From Patescibacteria group bacterium (GTDB lineage: Bacteria > Patescibacteriota > CPR2 > UBA1875 > CAIMLA01), in the NCBI GenBank assembly GCA_041738615.1, contig JBGSPL010000002.1:10654-74653 (forward strand): a stretch of 64,000 nt of DNA, given 5' to 3'. Shown in pieces: positions 23,620 to 31,373 of this stretch. A program made the position numbers and the translations under genes. Every line of letters starts with the position of its first letter. Positions within the stretch are counted from its first letter, which is position 1. The notes under the pieces are model-generated. The model did no database searches. It saw only the letters and a program-made list of their open reading frames with translations, and was not told where the DNA came from.

Positions 23620-24635
23620 TTGGCCTCTATGTCGATATGAGTGACTGTTGGCACTTCATCCTCTATGACTTCTTCTAGTTTGTCGATTTCTTTACCTAGA
23701 GTCCTGGTGACTTCATCGCTGAAGCCCACACAGAACTTTATGAAGTCATTGTAATCCTCAATAGACTCATACTCTTTCCTAAAATCACGGCTCTCCAGAA
23801 TTAAGTCGGCTAGGTAGTGGCCGTTGATTTCGACCTCTGCTTTTACTCTGTAGCCATCGGTGGTAATCATAATAGTCTTGAAGTCGTGGATTTCATCGAC
23901 TACAGGCTGATTAGAGAGGATAGTAAATATCTTCTTCCTAATGTGTTTGGGCACAGCTCTGCCCAGTAGGTATTCGCGGTTTACGTTCATAAGGATGATC
24001 GCAACGACGCCGAGGAGAAGACCAATAAGAATGGAACCATAGCTATCCCAATAACTCTGTCCAGTAAGGTTTACTAAGATTAGGGAGAAAATGGCGATGC
24101 CAACGCCGACTACGGCAGCCGAATCCTCATAAATAATTGCAAGTAATGTGGGGTCACCAGAGTGACGAACATATTTAAAGATATTCTCACCATCGGCGAT
24201 TCTTCTTAGCTCTCGTATAGCCATGAAAAGCGAGAAGCCCTCTAGCAGAGCCGAGACTAGAAGGACGGTTATGGTCCAGGTGCTAAAGTGAGATTCAGTA
24301 TGTGTGAGCAGGGTGTCGATTCCGTGGTAGATAGTGACTCCAGCACCAATGAAGAAAACACCACAGGCAGAGAGAAGAGACCAAAAGAACCGCTCATTCT
24401 TGTAGCCATAATTGTAGCTGTCGTCTGCTGGTTTGTGCGATCTCTCAATACCGATAAAGAGAAAAAGCTGATTCGCTGTATCCGCTATAGAGTGGATAAA
24501 CTCGGAAAGCATGACGCCAGAGCCGGTGAAGAGGAAGGCTACAAGCTTGGAGGCACCAACGATGCTGTTACTGATTATTGCTATCGTAACACTGCGCTTG
24601 CCTACTTTGTGCGGGTGATGTGCGGCTTCTGGCAT
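23616..24635 (-). CDS. Cation diffusion facilitator family transporter (CzcD/FieF-like)
   Basis: Six TM helices with HSIADT..., and a C-terminal cytoplasmic metal-binding domain. Confidence 0.8.
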   Translation of the reverse strand: MPEAAHHPHKVGKRSVTIAIISNSIVGASKLVAFLFTGSGVMLSEFIHSIADTANQLFLFIGIERSHKPADDSYNYGYKNERFFWSLLSACGVFFIGAGVTIYHGIDTLLTHTESHFSTWTITVLLVSALLEGFSLFMAIRELRRIADGENIFKYVRHSGDPTLLAIIYEDSAAVVGVGIAIFSLILVNLTGQSYWDSYGSILIGLLLGVVAIILMNVNREYLLGRAVPKHIRKKIFTILSNQPVVDEIHDFKTIMITTDGYRVKAEVEINGHYLADLILESRDFRKEYESIEDYNDFIKFCVGFSDEVTRTLGKEIDKLEEVIEDEVPTVTHIDIEAN

Positions 24636-24636
24636 C

Positions 24637-26256
24637 TTATTCCCTAACCACCCTTAGCACCTCACCGATGGTAGTTTCACCAGCGATGGCCTTTAGGATA
24701 CCATCCTGCTCCATGGTGGCAAACCCTAGCGAACCAGCAGCTTCGCGAAGTTCGTAGATCGAGGCGCGATCGTTAATGAGTTTTTGTAAGTCACCAGTCA
24801 TCTCGAGGACCTCGAAGATGCCAACGCGGCCTTTGAACCCTATGTGCTGGCAGCTCGGGCACCCGGCACCCTTGTAAAAGTGGACCTCGCTCGTAGGGCG
24901 TAGCTGAGCAGGCAGCTTGGCGGAAATTTTGTTGTACTCGCTAAACTCGAAATCACTCGGCTGATACTCTTCTTTGCAGTCTGGACAGATTTTACGTACC
25001 AGACGCTGAGCAATGATAATGTTGGTACTCGCTGTAATAAGAGTGGGATCGCCAATCATGTCATAGAGACGAGTGATGGCAGTGATGGCGTCGTTGGCAT
25101 GCAGAGTGGAAATCAGAAGGTGCCCGGTAAGTGCCGCCTGGATAGCAGTTTCTGCAGTACTGGCTTCGCGGATTTCACCAACCATGATGATGTCTGGGTC
25201 CTCACGGAGTACGGCTTTGAGCCTGTCGGCAAACGATTCCCCGTCATTAATCTGTGATTGTGTAGTTCCAGGCATCTCGTATTCGACCGGATCCTCAAGG
25301 GTGATGATTTTGACGTCCTCGGTGTTTAGAATGTTCAATATGGAATAGATGGTGGTAGTTTTACCAGCCCCTGTAGGTCCAACTACCAAAATCATGCCGT
25401 GAGGACGAGAAATAGCATTACGTACCGCCGGGAGGTCATGGTCAGAAAAACCGAGCTGTTCGATGTGAAGGGTCTGCGATTGAGTATTGAAAAGACGAAT
25501 TACGATGTCGTCGCCGTGAAGGGAAGGCATGGTTTCGATACGAACTCCGAGGTCGCGATCTTCGAATTTGATGGAGAAGCGTCCACCCTGAGGATAGGGG
25601 GCATTTAGCTTGATGTTTGCGTTTAGCTCTACCTGGGAGAGGACATAACCATACTTGTCAGCATCGAGTGTCGCAATCTCGTGTAGGGTGCCATCTAGGC
25701 GATAGCGAATGCGAGCATAGCCATCTCTTGGCTCCACATGAATGTCGGATGCACCGGCCTTGAAGGCGACTACTAGAATCATCTTTAGTAGATCCTGGAT
25801 AGGTGCTTTTTGTAGTTTGGTCGCAAGCTCTTCGAAGCTGGTGATATCCTCCATCTTTGTCAGGTCTATTCGCTCGTCATCAAGGTTGGTAGGTGCCATC
25901 TTGGTAATCTCGTTGTATTTAGGGAGCCAATCTAGGTAGGAAGGCTCGGAGATGAGGGCAATTGGCACCTCGCGAATGCCGTAATTCTTCTTCATGCCCT
26001 CGAATAGAAGCGAAAAGTCTTTCTCGGGATCAACGATGCCGATATATAGTTTTCTCTGCTCACTTTTTAACGGTATTGCCTTATATTTGATAACTTCATC
26101 ACGCGAGAGGAACTCCAGTACTTCCTTGGGGATAGAGGATTGGCGCAAATCTGCATAACCAATACCAAGTTGCGAAGCACGCGATCTCGTATCGGCTTCC
26201 TGACCATTTCGGTAAAGGTCGGTAGCTACATCATTAATTTGCTTCTTGTCCGCCAA
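24637..26256 (-). CDS. pilB: Type IV pilus assembly ATPase PilB (GspE family)
   Basis: T2SSE_N-type N-terminal domain; Walker A GPTGAGKTTT; tetracysteine motif CPDC...CPSC. Confidence 0.85.
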   Translation of the reverse strand: MADKKQINDVATDLYRNGQEADTRSRASQLGIGYADLRQSSIPKEVLEFLSRDEVIKYKAIPLKSEQRKLYIGIVDPEKDFSLLFEGMKKNYGIREVPIALISEPSYLDWLPKYNEITKMAPTNLDDERIDLTKMEDITSFEELATKLQKAPIQDLLKMILVVAFKAGASDIHVEPRDGYARIRYRLDGTLHEIATLDADKYGYVLSQVELNANIKLNAPYPQGGRFSIKFEDRDLGVRIETMPSLHGDDIVIRLFNTQSQTLHIEQLGFSDHDLPAVRNAISRPHGMILVVGPTGAGKTTTIYSILNILNTEDVKIITLEDPVEYEMPGTTQSQINDGESFADRLKAVLREDPDIIMVGEIREASTAETAIQAALTGHLLISTLHANDAITAITRLYDMIGDPTLITASTNIIIAQRLVRKICPDCKEEYQPSDFEFSEYNKISAKLPAQLRPTSEVHFYKGAGCPSCQHIGFKGRVGIFEVLEMTGDLQKLINDRASIYELREAAGSLGFATMEQDGILKAIAGETTIGEVLRVVRE

Positions 26257-26326
26257 GAATACCCTCCATTGTTACTTGTATTTTAGCACAAATCCAAAAG
26301 GATAATAATTATTACGCTACAAAGCG

Positions 26327-27075
26327 CTAACAGCTCAAAAGTTCGGTCAATGAGCGATAAGTGCCTGATATTTCCAGAGGTATTTCGTGATAGAGACCTT
26401 CTTTCCAGAATGTTTTGAAAGCCTGGCCGTCGCAACCTGAGGAGAGAAGGCGAAAATTGTCGTCCATAATTTCGATGGCGCTGCAGTTACTGAGCGCGAT
26501 AGCTACGCCAGATGTAGATTTCATCATTTCTTTTAGATCGTCTCGGCGGTCTGGTTCACTTATAAAGTGGGGACAAAGCAGAGCGTCAATAATTCCAAGA
26601 GCCACCACTTTTCTCAATGCAGCATCAGGGTCTTTGAACCTGCCAGAGTCCGAGTTACCATCGCGAAACCAGCAAATAGCACCAGCACTCAGTCCGGTCA
26701 TTAGTATCCCTTTCTCGTGTGCTTCCCTCAGGACCTTGTCTAACCCACATTGTCTCCAAACCTTTATCATCTTTGCCGTATTTCCACCGCCAACGTATAT
26801 GACGTCAGCACACATAACGCGCTTTCTCATCTCGGCAGGAGTCATTTCTTTATTGGGTAAGTATAAACAATCGGTAATGCAGCCAAGCTCCTGTCCAAAG
26901 TGTTTCTGAACGTCGGCGTAGTACTTCCTCTGATTTGTACTTGCTGTAGGTATAAAAAGAAGCTTCGGATTATTCTTTCCCGTAAGCTCGAGTATTTCTC
27001 TGTCTATCGACGTGGTTTCGTGCGGATGACCCGGTCTTCCTATCTCACCACCGCCTATAGCGACTATTCTACCCA
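26327..27075 (-). CDS. Peptidase S51 family (dipeptidase E / cyanophycinase-like)
   Basis: YVGGGNT and GLSAGA (Ser nucleophile) motifs. Probable GTG start. Confidence 0.65.
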
Positions 27076-27188
27076 CAACACATATCCATAACGACAACTT
27101 TAGCACGAATGTTTCGGCAACAAAACAGGGACTCAATCAAACGATTGAAAACGTGCACGGATTGCTGTATAATCAACGGGTTATTTAG

Positions 27189-27265
27189 GCGCCTGTAGCT
27201 CAGGGGATTAGAGCGTACGGTTGCGGTCCGTAAGGTCGGAGGTTCGATCCCTCCCAGGCGCACCA
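27189..27265 (+). tRNA. tRNA-Arg, anticodon GCG as read
   Basis: Cloverleaf: acceptor GCGCCTG/CAGGCGC; D-arm GCTC-AGGGGATTA-GAGC; anticodon stem TACGG/CCGTA with loop TTGCGGT; T-arm GGAGG-TTCGATC-CCTCC; encoded CCA. Confidence 0.7.
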
Positions 27266-27434
27266 CTTCGGATTTTGCTAACGTGTTCCGCGGATTGGCT
27301 AAGGCCAACCACTGCACACTTTCGCAAATCCTCGTTGTTCCGTGAAAATTACAAATTTCCACGGAAGGGAACGACGAGGGAACCGAAACATTCAAGGAAA
27401 AGTATATCGAAGTAGCATCAGCTATCGTTAACGT

Positions 27435-27523
27435 GGAGAGGTGCGAGAGTGGTTGAATCGAACGGTCTCGAACACCGTCATACCGCAAGGTATCGAGGGT
27501 TCGAATCCCTCCCTCTCCGCCAT
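27435..27523 (+). tRNA. tRNA-Ser (CGA), class II with long variable arm
   Basis: Acceptor GGAGAGG/CCTCTCC; anticodon loop CTCGAAC; long variable arm; GGTTCGAATCC T-loop; CCA. Confidence 0.85.
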
Positions 27524-27529
27524 AAAAAA

Positions 27530-27552
27530 AACCGGCCGTAGGCCGGGCTTTT
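27530..27552 (+). terminator. Rho-independent terminator after tRNA-Ser(CGA)
   Basis: CCGGCC gta GGCCGG followed by GCTTTTGTTATTT. Confidence 0.6.
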
Positions 27553-27557
27553 GTTAT

Positions 27558-28040
27558 TTACAGTCTGAACCACCGCATCAAAGTGTCTGCAATGTTCTCT
27601 GTGCGATTGCCTTCTTCGGGGATGTATTTCCCTATTGCTGCGCGAATTTTTACCGGATCTACATCACCAAGCATAATAGTAAGTTGTGGCAAATACTTCT
27701 TTTGAAAGATTATGTTCAACGAAGGGTGGTTCCGGTGTAGCAAGAACCAAAAGGAATACATTTCGTTATAGGGGTAGAAGCGAGTATCTATGTAAAGCCC
27801 AAGCTGTGAGAATCGGTAGGTTTTCTCGACAGGACTTTGCTGTTGGTACCAATACATAAAGCCGATGAGGACGACTATTATGGCAGCGCCATACCAATCT
27901 CCTGTGTACAGCGAGTATCCGATAACGCCCAAGAAAAATAAGCCGATTACTGCGTAGTATGCCGTAGAACGGGTATATTCTGGGTACTCTTTTGCCTTCC
28001 AGGCTACGAGTACGGTTTCTTTAGTGTCTTCCTCCGCCAT
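27558..28040 (-). CDS. Two-TM membrane protein with a PH-like C-terminal domain (hypothetical)
   Basis: Start MAEEDTKETV; two hydrophobic helices. The longer annotated ORF overlaps the rubrerythrin gene. Confidence 0.4.
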   Translation of the reverse strand: MAEEDTKETVLVAWKAKEYPEYTRSTAYYAVIGLFFLGVIGYSLYTGDWYGAAIIVVLIGFMYWYQQQSPVEKTYRFSQLGLYIDTRFYPYNEMYSFWFLLHRNHPSLNIIFQKKYLPQLTIMLGDVDPVKIRAAIGKYIPEEGNRTENIADTLMRWFRL

Positions 28041-28119
28041 GACTTCATTATACAAAGTATATTTGGAAAAGTAAAAGTTATAAAATGACCCACCTAGTGG
28101 TGGGTCATTCGGACTTTGT

Positions 28120-28701
28120 TTAGTAATTCTCGGAGAGGAGCTGATAGAAAGCTTGTGGGTGCTCACAGACTGGGCAAACTTTTGGTGGCTCGGTTCCTTC
28201 GTGGACGTATCCACATTCACGGCAGCACCACCACACTTTTTCGCCGCGCTTAAAGATCATGCCACTTTCCACAAGAGAAAGTAGTTTGGTGTATCTTTCC
28301 TCATGATGTGCCTCTGCCTCGGCAATATCGGTGAGTCGGTTGGAAATGATAGTGAGACCTTCCTCTTTGGCGACCTTAGCAAACTCTGGGTACATCTGGC
28401 TAGTCTCGAAGTGTTCACCGGCAATTGATGCCTTCAGGTTCTCTAGGGTCGTGTCCCAGACGTTTGGGACCTCTGTAGGAATTTGGATCGCAGGATAGTT
28501 CACGTCATTATTCTTGAGCTCCTGGATATGGCCCATGAGCATCTTGGCGTGAGTTTTTTCCTGGTTAGCAGTTTCCTCAAACACGCCAGCAATCTGTTCG
28601 TAACCTTCTTTGCGAGCAACCGATGCGTATATGGTGTAGCGATTGCGGGCTTGGCTTTCGCCAGCAAAAGCTTTGGCTAGATTCTCGATAGTTTTCTGCA
28701 T
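28120..28701 (-). CDS. rbr: Rubrerythrin
   Basis: Ferritin-like diiron domain with E...E..H motifs, plus a C-terminal rubredoxin-like CxxC...CxxC. Confidence 0.9.
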   Translation of the reverse strand: MQKTIENLAKAFAGESQARNRYTIYASVARKEGYEQIAGVFEETANQEKTHAKMLMGHIQELKNNDVNYPAIQIPTEVPNVWDTTLENLKASIAGEHFETSQMYPEFAKVAKEEGLTIISNRLTDIAEAEAHHEERYTKLLSLVESGMIFKRGEKVWWCCRECGYVHEGTEPPKVCPVCEHPQAFYQLLSENY

Positions 28702-28710
28702 ATCTTCTCC

Positions 28711-29139
28711 TTATGCTTTAATGATTTGTTCGCGCCTGTTCTCAGCGTCAGGGGTACCACTTAGGTTATCCCAAAGGCCGTGTACGTTACAGTAAATCGT
28801 CACCAGGTAATCTTCACCCTCCGGGAGTCTAAAAGTAGCTCTAGGGGCCTCTCCTGCGCTCAGGAACTTACGAAATGAGGTTGTGGCGGTGGCAAGTTCT
28901 ATCCACTCGATGTAATGCTCAGGCAACATTGGATGTTCCACAGTTCCCACGACTACTTCTACTTTACTGTCGAGAGCTGTAACCACCGGCACATGTTTCT
29001 CGTGACCCTCAGGGCCGTTGCTTGGTACGAGCAATACCATTGGTTCACCGCAGCATTTGAGTGTTCCGTGGCCTGCATCAAGCACGGAAACTATGTTTCC
29101 GCATTCCTCGCACTTGTAATAGTTTTTTCGTAATGCCAT
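28711..29139 (-). CDS. dfx: Desulfoferrodoxin-type superoxide reductase (2Fe-SOR)
   Basis: N-terminal desulforedoxin CxxC...CC. C-terminal SOR domain with His ligands and YCNVHGLW. Confidence 0.8.
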   Translation of the reverse strand: MALRKNYYKCEECGNIVSVLDAGHGTLKCCGEPMVLLVPSNGPEGHEKHVPVVTALDSKVEVVVGTVEHPMLPEHYIEWIELATATTSFRKFLSAGEAPRATFRLPEGEDYLVTIYCNVHGLWDNLSGTPDAENRREQIIKA

Positions 29140-29171
29140 TTCTACCTCGCTTTCCACTTCTATTTTAACAT

Positions 29172-29200
29172 AAGGGAGAAGAGGGTTGCCCCTCTTCTCC
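29172..29200. terminator. 12-bp perfect hairpin between the heliorhodopsin and SOR genes
   Basis: GGGAGAAGAGGG gttg CCCCTCTTCTCCC; weak T tract on the minus strand. Could be a terminator/attenuator or a processing site. Confidence 0.4.
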
Positions 29201-29220
29201 CTGTGATCAGATGTGGCTAA

Positions 29221-29982
29221 TTATCGTAGAGTTCCACCCCATACCTGCCAAGCAAGAAGCGCCTTGGCAACTAGTGAGAAGGTGATGTAAGCGTACTCAC
29301 CGTAGAGGTAATCCTGCCATTTACCAATCTTTTTGTATTGAAGAATCATATTTACCGAGAAGACGTTGAAGGCGATAAAAAGGCTCCAAAAGATTGCGTA
29401 GACAAAGTTAGGGACAGCATCTCCACCGGCGGCAAGGGCATTATAGAAATATAGTCCCATCACTACCCATGGCATCGCCCCGGCAAAACAACCGAAAAGA
29501 TACGCAGTCCAGTCGGTCTTCTTGGTGGTTTGGTTGTGGACTTCCATCATCCAGCCAAAGAGAATCATGCAGGCATTTAGTGAGAAGATCAGAATTAAGG
29601 TAGATAAATCGTAGATACCACAAAGTATGGCAATCACCACGACCATCATCGAAGATGTGATAGCATACTCTGCCCAGCGAAATAGATTGATGCCCTTCTG
29701 AATCTGCTCTTCGTACTTTTTGCGCCATACGAAAGCATTACCGAGTAGAAATAGCCCAGAAAGCAGTAGAAATGAAGCCACGATAGGACCGAGGCGCCAC
29801 TGCGCAAAATTCGCGACTAGGGTGGTTGGCATTCCTGGAATATTACTGTTCTTGCCTAGGTAGCTAGTAGTAATTTGTGCGGCGCTGTCGTTTGAAATCG
29901 CCCACATTAGCACACCCTGTGCAAACAGTAGTACTCCGACTACAGAATTGTAGATCCAGAGATTATTTAGTTTCTTTTCCAT
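29221..29982 (-). CDS. Heliorhodopsin (seven-TM retinal protein, inverted topology)
   Basis: As recalled (not searched), extensive identity to heliorhodopsin 48C12. Examples: NLFRWAEYAITSSMMVVVIAILCGI, NACMILFGW, FGCFAGAMPW. The Schiff-base lysine sits in YAYITFSLVAKALLAWQVWGGTL. Confidence 0.85.
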   Translation of the reverse strand: MEKKLNNLWIYNSVVGVLLFAQGVLMWAISNDSAAQITTSYLGKNSNIPGMPTTLVANFAQWRLGPIVASFLLLSGLFLLGNAFVWRKKYEEQIQKGINLFRWAEYAITSSMMVVVIAILCGIYDLSTLILIFSLNACMILFGWMMEVHNQTTKKTDWTAYLFGCFAGAMPWVVMGLYFYNALAAGGDAVPNFVYAIFWSLFIAFNVFSVNMILQYKKIGKWQDYLYGEYAYITFSLVAKALLAWQVWGGTLR

Positions 29983-30056
29983 ATTTCCCCCCTTTCGATA
30001 TGTGTATAATACACCGATTTAAATAACAAAAAAATACCCGTTTCAGGTATTCTTTA

Positions 30057-30146
30057 TGGCGGAAGGGGTGGGATTCGAACCCACGATACCATTGCTGGTA
30101 TGACGGTTTTCAAGACCGTTCGATTCAACCGCTCTCGCACCCTTCC
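30057..30146 (-). tRNA. tRNA-Ser (TGA)
   Basis: Reverse complement folds as a class II tRNA with anticodon loop CTTGAAA; near-identical to tRNA-Ser(CGA) at 27435. Confidence 0.85.
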
Positions 30147-30275
30147 ACGTCGCAACACGTTATGGGTTTCGCAAGTCGGCTTTGCCGATTGCTGCACCTC
30201 TGTACTGTTGCTCCTTTCCCCTTAAATCCTTCGGATTTCGGGGGCCCCACGACGAAGTAATTCGATAGAAATATA

Positions 30276-30368
30276 TGGCGGAGAGAGAGGGATTCGAACC
30301 CTCGCGCCAGGTTGCCCCGGCCTACAGGTTTAGCAAACCCGCCCCTTCAGCCACTTGGGTACCTCTCC
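30276..30368 (-). tRNA. tRNA-Ser (GCT)
   Basis: Reverse complement GGAGAGGTACCCAAGTGGCTGAAGGGGCGGGTTTGCTAAACCTG...GGTTCGAATCCCTCTCTCTCCGCCA. Confidence 0.8.
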
Positions 30369-30451
30369 GCGAACGCAAATTATCTGACAATTTGCCGCTA
30401 AATTATAGCTGATTTGTGGCTAAATAACAAGTGAATCTTGGATTGTAGCTG

Positions 30452-31291
30452 GTGTTGCCATATAATGACGGCATGAGCCAACCCAAGGTAGACCAGATTA
30501 ATAAGAGAGTTAACCGAGGATATATTTCTTTCGCGTTAGCTTTTGCAACTATGTCGGTCTTGATTGTGTTATCTGGTGTGCGAATATCTTCTTTTTACTT
30601 ACATAAGGCCGAAAAGTCAGCAAGGTCAGAAGAACATCTGCTCTATCTGTCTCTTTCCGATGCTTTCTGGAGAACGGAAGACTCTCAGTACAAGCTGGGA
30701 CAGTATTATCTAAAGCAGAAGGATTACGTCCGCGCAGCTGTGTATTTCTCGGGAAATAACGCTATATCAGCAAAAAATGCTTATGTGGAAGCAAAATATT
30801 ACGTTTCCGATTATCAGTCCGTGGTGAGTAGATATATGGGCGAGCCAACTCTATATGCTGAACCCAGCAGAATTTTGGTCGCCAAGAGTTACTTGAAGCT
30901 CGGAGACCTCAACGAGGCGAGAAAGTTACTTTCCCAGCTACCAGAGGCAGGGCTAAGTATTGGCGAGAAGTCGATTTTGGCTGTGGAAGATGAGGAAATG
31001 AATTATCAGCTCGTATATAAAGCACTAAATACAGAGGGTTTTCCACATGCAGCTACTGAGCTTCTCCGGGAAGGCGAAACGAAGAAGCATCTCGATAGAG
31101 ATGCTCTTCTCAGCCTTGCGCAAGCAGAAATATACGAAAGCCACAAGGATCGTGCATACGAAACACTCATTCAGGCGCTCGCCAAAGATGCCTATTATCC
31201 ACAGACTTATCGACAACTAATTACTACCGGTGGAGAACTTGGGAAAGACGTTTCGGTATACAAAAACCGCCTAGCCGAGCTTGAGTGGTAG
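30452..31291 (+). CDS. Membrane-anchored TPR-like repeat protein (hypothetical)
   Basis: N-terminal TM, then helical repeats rich in Y/L/A. Confidence 0.35.
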   Translation: MLPYNDGMSQPKVDQINKRVNRGYISFALAFATMSVLIVLSGVRISSFYLHKAEKSARSEEHLLYLSLSDAFWRTEDSQYKLGQYYLKQKDYVRAAVYFSGNNAISAKNAYVEAKYYVSDYQSVVSRYMGEPTLYAEPSRILVAKSYLKLGDLNEARKLLSQLPEAGLSIGEKSILAVEDEEMNYQLVYKALNTEGFPHAATELLREGETKKHLDRDALLSLAQAEIYESHKDRAYETLIQALAKDAYYPQTYRQLITTGGELGKDVSVYKNRLAELEW

Positions 31292-31323
31292 GCGGTTTAG
31301 GGATGTTTCACCCGACTCCGTTA

Positions 31324-31339
31324 TGTTTCACGTGAAACA
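31324..31339. promoter_or_regulatory. parS centromere-like site (perfect consensus TGTTTCACGTGAAACA)
   Basis: Exact 16-bp palindrome between convergent genes. An additional half-site ATGTTTCAC lies at 31302-31310. Confidence 0.75.
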
Positions 31340-31373
31340 TGACTTCGAACGGGCAAGCGCTAATTTGATAGAA

